From positions 214,475 to 278,474 of the forward strand of contig CBDCEA010000004.1 of the NCBI GenBank assembly GCA_965215635.1: 64,000 bases of DNA, given 5' to 3'. The stretch is from Alphaproteobacteria bacterium (lineage in GTDB: Bacteria > Pseudomonadota > Alphaproteobacteria > SP197). Every line of letters begins with the position of its first letter. Within the stretch, counting starts at the first letter, position 1. A model generated the notes under the pieces. That model was not told where the DNA came from, did no database searches, and saw only the letters and a program-made list of their open reading frames with translations. The position numbers were made by a program, and so were the translations under genes. This document shows, one piece after another, positions 32,563 to 43,236 of this stretch.

Positions 32563-32699
32563 CTGCCGGGCCAAGGTGATACGGCGCCAGGCAACGAGCT
32601 GTCAAGAAAGTCCGACCACCCGAAATCCATGCACCGCCAGAGCGTACGCATGATTGACGCACCGGCTCCTGCACTTCCCGACCACGGCACCACAACGGG

Positions 32700-33860
32700 A
32701 AGAGGATGCTACGCCACAAACAACAAAAGCGCTCCCATGGTCATAGGTGAAAGTCCCCGGCATCGAAACGGACTTGCCGATCTGGCTCTGAAACCCGCAC
32801 TTGAGGCAAAAGGTTTGCGAAGCGGCACGCCGCCGGCTGTGACTGCGGCGCTTGGTGAATTCGTGCGTTTGATGAGTTGCTGCTACTGCACTCTGATTGA
32901 GGGCCACGATGCGCTTCCACCGCGACATCGAGCGTGCAATTCGGAGTGCCTTGAGCGATGACCCGCACAAGCGTGAACTTCAGCTCGAGGCGCGGGTTCA
33001 CTTGCCGTGCAAGGGTGGATCGACCGGGGTGGACTTAAAGGACACGCGATCACCGCTGGATGCGGGCCTTTGCGAGATTCATCGCCGCTGCTGTGAACTG
33101 CTGCCGCAGGAACCGGTTCGTCCGAAATCCGGATGCAGGAGAAGAACAGACCGTCGTTCCGGATGAACTCGGGTAACGGGAAGTTCGTGTCGGCCGGCAG
33201 GTGCCCGTCAGCCCTGGGGCAATCCCACGAATTCTCGGACGCGTTGAACAGGCTGGAGAGGGTGGATGCCATTCTTGCCGCGTCGGCACACCATCGCCTC
33301 GTCTGGATTCATCCTTTCCTCGATGGAAACGGACATGTGGCATGGCTCATGATACGCGCCATGCTGCTCGAGTCGCTGGAAACCGGGGGATTGTGTTCAG
33401 TATCGCGCTGCTTCGCCCGTGTTGAGGTGAGATGCAAGGAAATTCTGGCTGTCTACGATCCGGCCCGCCGGAACGACCTTGAAGGGCGAGGAGCCCTGAG
33501 CGAGGAGGAACTTGCGAAGTTCACCCGGTTCTTTCTCAACACATGCCTGGACCAGGTTCGCTTCATGCATAGTTTGGTCGAACCTGGCGGCTTGAGAGTC
33601 CGGATCATGCGCTGGGACTAAGCCGAATCTGGACGAGGGGTTCTGCCTGCAAGGGCTGGGAGCGTGTTGGAGTAGGCTCTCCAGCACGGCGAACTCGTCC
33701 GTGCCGACATACCCGGGCTGCTCGGGATCGCGGATCGTCAGGCAAGTAGGACCAAATCCGGACTTGTGCTCAAAGGCGTATTGCAGGCCGACCACGTGCG
33801 CACCCCGAAGCGCGTGGTGTTGGCCTGGTGTCCGGGACTGTTCCAGGAGAGCGCGAGCAC
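32700..33860 (+). pseudogene. Fic-family protein, multiply frameshifted
   Basis: LIEGHD, HHRLVWIHPFLDGNGH (catalytic R altered), RRNDLEGRGALS; pieces in different frames with stops. Confidence 0.85.
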
Positions 33861-33908
33861 CCGAACCAAAATCGTGCGGCCCCGGCCGAACACCGGGTTC
33901 CGCGCTCC

Positions 33909-34775
33909 CTACCTCAGATCCGTCACGGTCGCGATGATGCGCCCGTCGCCGCGGGCAATATCGAGCCCGCCGGGGCGAGAGACGACCTCGAAGCAGGCAT
34001 CGGTGATGTAGAGCACACCTGTAAGACAGAGGTTGCCCTTCTCCTCGATCGTGTAGGTGCCGGTTGCTTCCTCTTCGAGAGAGGCCGCATCGTCGCCGCG
34101 GCGCACGACGACGGTGCCGTCATCGGCCGAGAAGTCGGCGCTGTAGAAGGGCTGGCCGAAATGAAGCTGCAATTCACCGGAGAACATGCGTCCGGGAACG
34201 ACCGCCGCCAATACGGCAGATGAAAGCGGCACGCGGTCATCGGGTATTTCGGCAGTAGGCATCAGCATGTAGCGGTTGACGATCTCGTTCCTGTGGTTGG
34301 TCTGGTACCAGATATCGCCGTCCTGATGGACACCGTAGCAGTAACTGTTCTGCCCCTGTGACAGGCATAAACGGTTCTCGACGATATCCCACCCGCCGGA
34401 CCATGTCCGGCCGATGGCATTGTGTCCCGAGAAACCGCCGTCCTCATGGAAGGATTCGTCATACCAGTGGAACAGCTGGGTCTGATCGTCATAGGCAAGC
34501 CCGAAGCGTACCGTGTCGATGTGCGCCGCCATCAGGTCGTCACCGACAACGGCCGATACGCGTTCGGGAAGGTCTTCGAGATTGGAATCGCCGACGAGTT
34601 CCAGCGTAACGGGCCGGGCGACCAGCATGATGATGGTGCCGCCGATACCGAACGCAGGCACGAGAAGGGCGCCGAAAACATGCCACTTGCCCTGCATTGC
34701 ACCACGTATCGACAGCACAACGCATGCGATTGCGCAAAGTCCGAACGTGATGAGTACGAGAATTCCTATCCACAT
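33909..34775 (-). CDS. Membrane-anchored hypothetical protein with two similar beta-rich periplasmic domains
   Basis: Two N-terminal TM helices; repeated G.W/Y.I....LC....C pattern. Confidence 0.6.
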   Translation of the reverse strand: MWIGILVLITFGLCAIACVVLSIRGAMQGKWHVFGALLVPAFGIGGTIIMLVARPVTLELVGDSNLEDLPERVSAVVGDDLMAAHIDTVRFGLAYDDQTQLFHWYDESFHEDGGFSGHNAIGRTWSGGWDIVENRLCLSQGQNSYCYGVHQDGDIWYQTNHRNEIVNRYMLMPTAEIPDDRVPLSSAVLAAVVPGRMFSGELQLHFGQPFYSADFSADDGTVVVRRGDDAASLEEEATGTYTIEEKGNLCLTGVLYITDACFEVVSRPGGLDIARGDGRIIATVTDLR

Positions 34776-34879
34776 GGCATCGACGCCTGTTCCCGGGTTC
34801 TACTGGAGATCATGCGGTTTCCGGTCCCTCTTGGCAATCCGACAGCAAACATCCTTGTGCCGTAAAACGCAAATCCTTG

Positions 34880-36895
34880 TCACACGCCGCTGCGCGCCAA
34901 GGTGACTTCCACGCCATGGACACATGTGCTTTGCCCCATGTCCGTCTTGCGTGGAACGTGCAGCACATTGATGTTGGTCCCGTCGCGGCCCGGCCACCTG
35001 CTCTTGTCGGAAAGCAGGACTCCTCGGGGAACGATATCGGAAACGGTGGCGACGAGTTCGAGAGACCCGGCGCGGTTCGAGAGCGCCACCCGGTCGCCGC
35101 CGGTGATGCCGAGAGTCTCGGCGTCATCGGGATGAAGCGCGACCGATGGCTCGCCCATGAGTTCACGGATCCGGGGATCGCTGCCATAGGAGGAATTCAT
35201 CAGCCAGCGGCCGGCTGGGCTGAGCAGGCGAAATCGGCCGTTCGATGGCTTCGGATCGGCCACCGCCTCGGGCACCCGGGGGTGGCCATCGGCCTCGGCC
35301 CGTGCGCTGGCGATCTCGATCTTGCCCGACGCTGTTGCAAAGACGCCTTCGTGCCACAGCAGAAGCGGTTCGTCGCTGCCGCGTACCCATCCGCGTTCCC
35401 GCAAGTCCTCCCAATCGATGCCGGTGCCGTCCAGAACTTCATCGATCAGTTCACGGTCCGAGCGATGGAGCTCGGCATCCGTCAGCCCCATGGCCCGGGC
35501 CAGGCGCCGGAAGATCTCCTGATTCGGCAGGCTTTCGCCCATCGGCTCGGCGCACTTCACCTGGGCGCCGATGTTGAGGTGGAAGTAGCTTGAGGTGACA
35601 TCGTCGAACTCGAGGAAGCCTGCTGCCGGCAGCATGATGTCCGCATAAAGCGCGGTATCGGTGGGGAAGCAGTCGATCACGACCGTGAAGAGATCTTCGC
35701 GGGAGAGTGCCGAACGCATGCGCTGCTGCGCCGGATTGGACGCCACCGGATTGCAGTTCCACACCATGTAGGCATGGAAGAGCTCCGGATCGTTGAGCGC
35801 ATCGGGGACATCCATCTGGCTGATGGAAAGCCCCTCGTCTGCCGCGCCGCCATGCCCGGGTGCCGCTCCCTTGCGGGTGACGATGCCGATGCTGTCGTTG
35901 AGATAGTAGAAACCCGTGCCCGGCTTGCCGATGTTGCCAGTCAGGGCGGGAAGCATGGCGCAGGCACGAAAGACGTTGCCGCCGCGAAACTGGCGCTGCA
36001 ATCCCTGACCGAGCCACAGGAGGGACGGACCTTCGGCGTAGAGCCGCGCGGTTTCCTCGATGAGGTCCACGGAAACCCCTGTCGCCCGGGACGTCGATTC
36101 CGGAGTTGCCGCCTTGATCGCAGATTCGACTTCGTCGTAGCCGAGCACATGATCGGCGATCCAGGGGAGGTCGAACAGACCGTCCCTGCGGGCGATGTGG
36201 CACAGTCCGAAGGCGAGCACGGCATCGCTGCCGGGATTGACCTGCAGGTGGATATCTGCCTGAAGCGCGGTATCGTGGCGCACCGGATCGATGACGACCA
36301 CCCTCGCAGGGTTTTCCTTCAGCCAGTGTTTGTGGGCGTGAGGTGCGCTGTGAGCCGGATTGGCGCCCCACACGAGGATGCAGGCGCTGTCCCGTGCGGT
36401 TCTGGGATCGAACCCCGTCACGCTGCTGCCGAAGACATAATCGAGCGCTGCATGGCCTGCATTGTTGCAGATCGTATCCGGTATGGCCTCGGTCGCACCG
36501 AAGCACTTGAAGAACCGTTCGGGAAAGCTGTTGGCGATGGCCGAACAGGTGCCGGTGTAATGTGTATGGAGCACCGATGACGCGCCATTCTTCCGGGCGA
36601 TGGCCGAAAGTCTTGTCGCAATCTCACCGATCGCGTCGTCCCAGCTCACCCGTTCGTATGAACCGGAGCCCTTTGGCCCGGTGCGGCGCATGGGATGGAG
36701 CAGGCGTGCCTCCGGATCAAGCCAGACGCCGTTGTAGGCGATGGCACACTTGCCGCAGAGCGCGCCCCGGCTGACGGGGTGATCGGGATCACCGAGCACC
36801 CGCGTGATCTTTCCCCCGCGCTTGACGACCGCGATCCCGCAACCGTCGTAGCAATCGCGGGGACAACTGGTCTTGATGATCTCGCGGTCGGACAC
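34880..36895 (-). CDS. Molybdopterin (Mo-bisPGD) oxidoreductase
   Basis: CPRDCYDGC...GALCGK [4Fe-4S] motif, R.GPKGSG.YERVSWDDA, WGANP, ADIMLPA; GTG after AGGAGG. Confidence 0.9.
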   Translation of the reverse strand: MSDREIIKTSCPRDCYDGCGIAVVKRGGKITRVLGDPDHPVSRGALCGKCAIAYNGVWLDPEARLLHPMRRTGPKGSGSYERVSWDDAIGEIATRLSAIARKNGASSVLHTHYTGTCSAIANSFPERFFKCFGATEAIPDTICNNAGHAALDYVFGSSVTGFDPRTARDSACILVWGANPAHSAPHAHKHWLKENPARVVVIDPVRHDTALQADIHLQVNPGSDAVLAFGLCHIARRDGLFDLPWIADHVLGYDEVESAIKAATPESTSRATGVSVDLIEETARLYAEGPSLLWLGQGLQRQFRGGNVFRACAMLPALTGNIGKPGTGFYYLNDSIGIVTRKGAAPGHGGAADEGLSISQMDVPDALNDPELFHAYMVWNCNPVASNPAQQRMRSALSREDLFTVVIDCFPTDTALYADIMLPAAGFLEFDDVTSSYFHLNIGAQVKCAEPMGESLPNQEIFRRLARAMGLTDAELHRSDRELIDEVLDGTGIDWEDLRERGWVRGSDEPLLLWHEGVFATASGKIEIASARAEADGHPRVPEAVADPKPSNGRFRLLSPAGRWLMNSSYGSDPRIRELMGEPSVALHPDDAETLGITGGDRVALSNRAGSLELVATVSDIVPRGVLLSDKSRWPGRDGTNINVLHVPRKTDMGQSTCVHGVEVTLARSGV

Positions 36896-37054
36896 GTCTC
36901 CTCCTGTGGCTTGTCCAGAACCCATCTTCACCTCTGGATGCAGCGGAAACAAGATCTCGCCTGATTCCTTGCACGACATGGCAGTCGGTCGGGACTTGAC
37001 GAAGGCGCCAATACCGGTGCTCACTCGCCGTGACGTTCAACGGGGGAGTGGATC

Positions 37055-37900
37055 ATGTCCAGGAACGATATCGAGGTTCGCCCGCTCGGACCGGTGATCG
37101 GTGCCGAAATCCTCGGCCTTGATCTCTCACAAGGGTTCGACGACGGAATTTGCCGTTTCGTTCGCCAGGCCCTGCTCGATCATCTGGTGGTCTTCCTGCC
37201 GGATCAGAGGATCGGACCGGCCGAACAACTGGCCTTCGCGCGGGGATTCGGCGAAATCGAACCATCCCATCCGGTGTTCGGCAAGGTTCCAGACGTGCCA
37301 GAGGTGACGGTGATCGAGCAGGACGGCAGCGAAGGCCTATACAACGACGCCTGGCATACCGACGTCACGTTCCGCGAGAAGCCTGCCATGGCCTCCATCC
37401 TGCATTGCCAGGTCACACCTGAAGGTGGTGGTGGCGATACGCTCTGGTCGAGTCTCTATGCCCCCTACGAGGCGTTGTCGCCGGGGGTACGCGACATGAT
37501 CGAGAATCTGACGGCGGTTCATGACTATTACATCGCGTTCAGCGCCTCGGTGCTCAGAGGCCGGGGAGGCATCGAGAAGCTCGCCCGGGATATCGTCGAA
37601 CTGCCGCCCGTGGAGCATCCGGTGGTCCGCACCCACCCGGAAACCAGACGCAAGGGGCTCTTTGTCAATAGGACGTTCACAAAGGAGATCAACGGGCTCA
37701 GTCTCGTCGAGAGCGACCATATTCTGAGGATGCTGTGCGAGTTCGCGGAGCATCCGAATTACCAGGTTCGCCGGTCATGGAAGCCGTACGACCTGGCCAT
37801 GTGGGACAACCGGTGCACGATGCATCTTGCATCTGCGGATTTCATCGGACACCGCAAGATGCACCGCATCACCATCTTGGGCGACCGTCCGTTCCATTGA
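37055..37900 (+). CDS. TauD/TfdA-family Fe(II)/2-oxoglutarate dioxygenase
   Basis: WHTDVT, GGDTLW, HPVVRTHPET, WDNRCTMH, MHR. Confidence 0.92.
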   Translation: MSRNDIEVRPLGPVIGAEILGLDLSQGFDDGICRFVRQALLDHLVVFLPDQRIGPAEQLAFARGFGEIEPSHPVFGKVPDVPEVTVIEQDGSEGLYNDAWHTDVTFREKPAMASILHCQVTPEGGGGDTLWSSLYAPYEALSPGVRDMIENLTAVHDYYIAFSASVLRGRGGIEKLARDIVELPPVEHPVVRTHPETRRKGLFVNRTFTKEINGLSLVESDHILRMLCEFAEHPNYQVRRSWKPYDLAMWDNRCTMHLASADFIGHRKMHRITILGDRPFH

Positions 37901-37945
37901 CATGCCGGTCGATTGCAGGTGTCGCGGTGACGGGGAGAGGCAGAA

Positions 37946-39586
37946 GTGGTCGAGGCTTTCGATTATGTCGTTGTGGGCGGCGGGTCGGCCGGCTCGGTCC
38001 TCGCCGCACGCCTGAGCGAGGATCGCTCGTGCCGTGTCCTGCTTCTGGAGGCGGGAACCGGGAACCGGGATTTCCGCGTCTCCATGCCGGCCGCCAACGC
38101 GCTGGCCTTCGGCAATTCAAGGTTCGACTGGTGCTACTACACCGAACCCCAGAGTGAGCTCGCCAACCGCCGAATCTACTGGCCTCGAGGACTCGGGCTG
38201 GGCGGTTCGAGCGCCATCAACGGAATGATGTACATACGCGGTAATGCCGGCGACTACGATCGATGGAGGCAGCTCGGCCTGCAAGGCTGGGCCTATGCCG
38301 ACGTCCTGCCATATTTCCGCAGGGCGGAAAGCCGGGAAGGCGGCGGCGACCGCTGGCGCGGCAATGCCGGACCGCTTCTGACAGGCCCCGCCGGCCGTCC
38401 GCTGGCAATCGATCGCGCCTTTATCGAGGCGTGCATCCAGTCGGGACTGCCCGCCAACCCGGACTTCAATGGCAAGGAACAGGTCGGAGCCGGTGTGCTC
38501 GACGTCACCGTGCGCAATGGCCGGCGGTCCAGTATTTCGACGTGCTATCTCGGCGTCGCCGCAAACAGGCCCAATCTCGAGATCCGCACACGGAGTTTTG
38601 TGACCGGACTCCTGATCGAGAAGGGTCGCGTGAGCGGCGTACGCTACAGGCGGCGCTACGGAATGGAATTCGTCCATGCCGAACGAGAGGTTCTCGTGTG
38701 CCAGGGCGCGATTGCCTCGCCGCAGCTTCTCATGGTTTCGGGAATCGGTCCTGCGGACCACCTGCGCCGTCACGGCATCGAGGTGAAGCTCGACAGTCCC
38801 GGAGTCGGGCGCAACCTGCAGGATCATCTCAACATGCCCGTTCGCTTCCGCTGCACGAGGCCTTCAGAGACATCGGCACGCTGGGCGAAGCCGTTGATGG
38901 CGCTCTGGCTTGGCGCCGTCTGGTTCCTGAGCGGGGGCAGGAAGGGACCCGGTGCCCATCCATTCTGGTCCGCCGGGGCGTTCTCCTGCGGCGGCCTCGA
39001 GGCGCCCGATCTACCCCGCTTCCAGGTATTCTTCACGCCCATGGTCTTATCCGAGGAACCGCTAAAGCGCATGAAGATTGCCGTGCCCGGCTTCCAGTTC
39101 GACGTGAACCAGATGCATCCGCGTTCCCGGGGCAACATCGCGTTGAGGAGCAGAAATCCCGGAGATCATCCGCTGATCGAGCCGAACTATCTTCAGGAGG
39201 AAGATGATCGGCGGGATTTCATCGATGCCGTCAGGTGGGCCCGCGAGATTGCATCCCAGCCGGCTCTTGCGCCGTTCAGGGGTGCAGCGATTGATCCCAC
39301 TGACGATGAGGTGACCGACGACCAGATTCTCGGCGCGGTCGCGCGAGGCGCCCAGTCCGGGTATCATCCCGTTGGGACCTGCAAGATGGGGACCGATGAC
39401 GACCCGCTGGCCGTGGTCGATGGCGAACTGAAGGTGCGCGGTATCGATGGTCTCAGGGTTGTCGATGCATCGATCATGCCAATCCTTGTCACGGGCAATA
39501 CCAACGCACCGACGGTCATGATTGCCGAGAAGGCGGCTGACAGCATTCGCGGTCTCGCTCCCCTCCCGAGAGAGGAAGCCGCGTGA
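37946..39586 (+). CDS. GMC oxidoreductase (choline dehydrogenase-like)
   Basis: GGGSAG, GLGGSSAINGM, GRNLQDH, YHPVGTC, GNTNAP. Confidence 0.92.
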   Translation: MVEAFDYVVVGGGSAGSVLAARLSEDRSCRVLLLEAGTGNRDFRVSMPAANALAFGNSRFDWCYYTEPQSELANRRIYWPRGLGLGGSSAINGMMYIRGNAGDYDRWRQLGLQGWAYADVLPYFRRAESREGGGDRWRGNAGPLLTGPAGRPLAIDRAFIEACIQSGLPANPDFNGKEQVGAGVLDVTVRNGRRSSISTCYLGVAANRPNLEIRTRSFVTGLLIEKGRVSGVRYRRRYGMEFVHAEREVLVCQGAIASPQLLMVSGIGPADHLRRHGIEVKLDSPGVGRNLQDHLNMPVRFRCTRPSETSARWAKPLMALWLGAVWFLSGGRKGPGAHPFWSAGAFSCGGLEAPDLPRFQVFFTPMVLSEEPLKRMKIAVPGFQFDVNQMHPRSRGNIALRSRNPGDHPLIEPNYLQEEDDRRDFIDAVRWAREIASQPALAPFRGAAIDPTDDEVTDDQILGAVARGAQSGYHPVGTCKMGTDDDPLAVVDGELKVRGIDGLRVVDASIMPILVTGNTNAPTVMIAEKAADSIRGLAPLPREEAA

Positions 39587-39602
39587 CATCCGGGCACAAC
39601 AG

Positions 39603-40439
39603 ATGGACACCGTGAACCGTTATCTCCTGCAACCCGATCCGTCCGACCCGCGCCTGACGCGTTCCGTCATCGGGGTCGACCAGGAGGGCAGACACGTCGA
39701 TCATGCCGTGACCGTCGAGAAACCCCTGACACTGTTTCTCAACGGCCAGGAGATCGTCACGATGATGACGATTGGGGATCATCCGGAGTACCTCGCCGTC
39801 GGCTACCTGCTGAACCAGGGGATGCTGCGGAAAACCGAAGACATCACGGCAATCGACCATGACGAGGATATCGAGACGATCGTCGTGCGCACACGCCAAC
39901 AGACAGATTTCGAGACCAGACTGCGCAGGAAGACGCTGACCTCCGGATGCGCCCAGGGGACCGTGTTCGGCGATCTCATGGATGAGATCGAATCCGTCAG
40001 CCTCGACGAGCGTGCCGTGGTTCACACGTCCTGGCTCTACGCGCTGTCGAAGGCAATTTCTACGACACCGAGCCTTTACCTCAAGGCAGGCGCGATCCAC
40101 GGCTGCGTGCTCTGCGAACGCGACCGGCCGCTGATCTACATGGAAGATGTCGGCCGGCACAATGCCGTCGACAAGATTGCCGGCTACATGGCGCTCGAGG
40201 GCATTTCCTCGCAGGGCAAGCTGTTCTACACGACAGGAAGGCTCACCAGCGAAATGGTGATCAAGACCGCGAGGATGAACATTCCAATTCTTGTCTCGCG
40301 TTCGGGATTCACGGCCTGGGGCGTCGATCTCGCGCGCCAGGTTGACATGACACTGATTGGCAGGATGAAGGGCAAGCGGTTTCTGGTCGCTGCAGGGGCC
40401 GAACGCGTGCGCTGGGATGAAGGGAGTGAGGGAGATTGA
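39603..40439 (+). CDS. fdhD: Formate dehydrogenase accessory sulfurtransferase
   Basis: EKPLTLFLN, TSGCAQGT, EDVGRHNAVDK, TGRLTSEMV.K. Confidence 0.93.
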   Translation: MDTVNRYLLQPDPSDPRLTRSVIGVDQEGRHVDHAVTVEKPLTLFLNGQEIVTMMTIGDHPEYLAVGYLLNQGMLRKTEDITAIDHDEDIETIVVRTRQQTDFETRLRRKTLTSGCAQGTVFGDLMDEIESVSLDERAVVHTSWLYALSKAISTTPSLYLKAGAIHGCVLCERDRPLIYMEDVGRHNAVDKIAGYMALEGISSQGKLFYTTGRLTSEMVIKTARMNIPILVSRSGFTAWGVDLARQVDMTLIGRMKGKRFLVAAGAERVRWDEGSEGD

Positions 40440-41074
40440 CGGGCTCGAAGAAGGATGTTGCAGGCACGGTGCTGGCGGGCGGACTGGCACGGCGCATGGG
40501 CGGCGGCGACAAGGGCATGCTGGAGCTCGGCGGGCGATGCATTCTCGATCGCGTGCTCGATTGCCTGCGTCCCCAGGTGCGCATGGTCGCGCTCAATGCC
40601 AATGGCGATGTCTCCCGTTTCGATCCCTGGGGATTACCCGTGGCACCCGACATGTTGCCGGGGAATCTGGGTCCCCTGGCGGGCGTCCTGGCAGGGCTAG
40701 ACTGGACTTTTGCCAATGTCCCCGGTCTCAAGTGGGTCGTGACGGTTCCCACCGACACACCCTTCCTGCCGCCTGATTTGGTCGACAGGCTTCTTTCCGC
40801 CGTGACGGTGTCGGGGGCCGACATGGCCTGTGCGGTGTCCGCCGGACAACGCCATCCGGTCGTCGGCCTGTGGCCGATCCGTCTTCGGAACGATCTGCGC
40901 CAGGCTCTCATCAAGGAGGGCGTACGCAAGGTCGATGTCTGGACGGGCCGGTACAGGGTCGCCGAAGCCGAGTTCGATGCCGTACCCGTCGATCCCTTCT
41001 TCAACGTCAACCACGCTGACGATCTCGCGACGGCCCACGACATGTTGGCGCGTGCCGGATCGCAGGGCCGATAG
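40436..41074 (+). CDS. mobA: Molybdenum cofactor guanylyltransferase
   Basis: [31 protein letters not shown]. Confidence 0.93.
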   Translation: MTGSKKDVAGTVLAGGLARRMGGGDKGMLELGGRCILDRVLDCLRPQVRMVALNANGDVSRFDPWGLPVAPDMLPGNLGPLAGVLAGLDWTFANVPGLKWVVTVPTDTPFLPPDLVDRLLSAVTVSGADMACAVSAGQRHPVVGLWPIRLRNDLRQALIKEGVRKVDVWTGRYRVAEAEFDAVPVDPFFNVNHADDLATAHDMLARAGSQGR

Positions 41075-41144
41075 CCGTCAGTCGGTGGGTTGGCATGCAC
41101 CGGCGATTTTGGCACACAAGGAACGCTGTTCGGAGAGTCATGTC

Positions 41145-42842
41145 ATGAGCGTTGCAGAGAAATCCGCGCCCGGGAGCGCTCACGACTTCATTCGCGCCAT
41201 CGTCACGGACGATGTCGCGGCGGGACGTACCGCGACCGTGGTGACGCGTTTCCCGCCGGAACCCAACGGCTACCTCCATATCGGACACGCCAAGTCCATG
41301 TGCCTCAATTTCGGAATCGGCGAGGAGTTCGGCGGCCGGTGCCATCTCAGGTTCGACGACACCAACCCCACAAAGGAGGAGCAGGAGTACATCGACGCCA
41401 TCCAGCAGGATGTCCGGTGGCTCGGTTTCGACTGGGGCGAACACCTCTATTTTGCCTCGGACCACTTCGAGCGGCTCTATGAGTGGGCCGAGCACCTCAT
41501 CAGGAACGGCGACGCCTACGTCGACGCCCTTTCCGTCGACGAGATGCGCGATTCTCGCGGCAGGTGGACGGAACCGGGGCGAAACAGCCCCTGGCGTGAT
41601 CGCCCGGTGGGGGAGAATCTCGACATCTTCCGGCGCATGCGCGTCGGCGAATTTCCCGATGGTGCCTTCGTTCTGCGCGCGAAGATCGACATGGCATCCG
41701 GCAACATGAACCTGCGCGATCCGGTCCTCTACCGTATCCTCCATACCACGCATCCCCGCACCGGGGATGCGTGGTGCATCTACCCGACCTATGATTTTGC
41801 ACACGGCCAGTCGGACGCCCTGGAAGGTGTCACGCATTCCCTGTGCACCCTTGAATTCGAGGATCATCGCCCGCTCTACGATTGGCTGATCGACCATCTC
41901 CCTGTTCCCTCGGTGCCGAGGCAGTACGAGTTCGCCAGGCTCAATCTTGCCTACACGGTGCTTTCCAAGCGTGCGCTCATTGAACTGGTTCGCGATGGCC
42001 ATGTGAATGGCTGGGATGATCCCCGGATGCCGACGCTCTGCGGCATGAGGCGCCGGGGCATTCCGCCTGCCGCGGTCCGCGATTTCATCGCGAACATCGG
42101 TGTTGCCAGGGCGGACAATCTCGTCGATCCGGCCATGCTCGAACACAGTGTCCGCGATGTCCTCAACCGCACGGCGTTGCGCAGGATGGGAGTCTTAAGA
42201 CCGCTCAAGGTGGTGATCGAGAACTGGCCAGAAGGCAGGACCGAGGAACTCGAAGCGGTCAACAATCCGGAGGACCCGTCCGCCGGACACCGCCTGTTGC
42301 CCTTCTCCCGGGAAATCTACATCGAACGTGACGACTTCATGGAGAACCCTCCGAAAAAATTCTTCCGTCTGGCTCCCGGAAGGGAGGTCCGCCTTCGCTA
42401 TGCCTACTTCATTACCTGTACCGACGTGGTCAGGGATAGTGCCGGCGAGATCGTGGAACTTCGATGCAGCCACGACCCTGCATCGCGGGGAGGCAATGCA
42501 CCCGATGGCCGCAAGGTGAGAGGCACGCTCCACTGGGTCTCGGCAGCGCACGCCATCAGGGCCGAGGTTCGCCTCTACGATCGCTTCTTCACCCAGATCA
42601 ATCCGAGAGTCGGCGGCGACCTGCTTGCCGATCTCAATCTGGAATCCCTGACCGTGCTTTCCGACTGCTGTCTGGAAGCCGCCGCCGCTGATGCGTTGCC
42701 CGGAGAGGCTTTCCAGTTCGAGCGTCAGGGTTATTTCTGCATCGATCCCGATTCAAGGCGCGATCGCCCGGTCCTCAACCGAACGGTCGGCCTCCGCGAC
42801 AGCTGGGCACGCGTCCAGCGAAACCAGACAGTGGCAGCCTGA
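41145..42842 (+). CDS. glnS: Glutamine--tRNA ligase
   Basis: [57 protein letters not shown]. Confidence 0.96.
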   Translation: MSVAEKSAPGSAHDFIRAIVTDDVAAGRTATVVTRFPPEPNGYLHIGHAKSMCLNFGIGEEFGGRCHLRFDDTNPTKEEQEYIDAIQQDVRWLGFDWGEHLYFASDHFERLYEWAEHLIRNGDAYVDALSVDEMRDSRGRWTEPGRNSPWRDRPVGENLDIFRRMRVGEFPDGAFVLRAKIDMASGNMNLRDPVLYRILHTTHPRTGDAWCIYPTYDFAHGQSDALEGVTHSLCTLEFEDHRPLYDWLIDHLPVPSVPRQYEFARLNLAYTVLSKRALIELVRDGHVNGWDDPRMPTLCGMRRRGIPPAAVRDFIANIGVARADNLVDPAMLEHSVRDVLNRTALRRMGVLRPLKVVIENWPEGRTEELEAVNNPEDPSAGHRLLPFSREIYIERDDFMENPPKKFFRLAPGREVRLRYAYFITCTDVVRDSAGEIVELRCSHDPASRGGNAPDGRKVRGTLHWVSAAHAIRAEVRLYDRFFTQINPRVGGDLLADLNLESLTVLSDCCLEAAAADALPGEAFQFERQGYFCIDPDSRRDRPVLNRTVGLRDSWARVQRNQTVAA

Positions 42843-42893
42843 AGATCCCGCGGACATGTCGGCGCGTCGCCCGGAGCGCAAGAAGGGAACCGG

Positions 42894-43120
42894 ATGAAAC
42901 CGACAGAGATCGTCTTCGAAGTGACCGAAGCTTCCGATGGCGGATTCGATGCCAGCGTCCTCGGGCATGCCATCTTCGCGCGCGCGGGACGACCTGAGGG
43001 CAATGTCGCTTCCCGCATGAAGGTGCGTTGCAGGCTATCCGTCCTTACCTCGACCGGAAGGGTTCCGAATCCGCATGACACGCCTGGACATGGCGCATGA
43101 CCTTCTCCTGTGCGTGAATG
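42894..43120 (+). pseudogene. Degenerate HicB-like small antitoxin remnant
   Basis: TEIVFEVTEASDGGF.A..LGHAIF resembles the N-terminus of HicB-like proteins; the frame breaks down afterwards. Confidence 0.45.
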
Positions 43121-43236
43121 AACCGAAGAGAAGACGATCAGGGTTCGGTTGATATCGGGGTGGACCGGGCTGGTGTCGCGGCATTACGTCACACCGGCCG
43201 TTGTCAGGGTCCTTTGTGGAGTTGCGGGAGGGCGTC

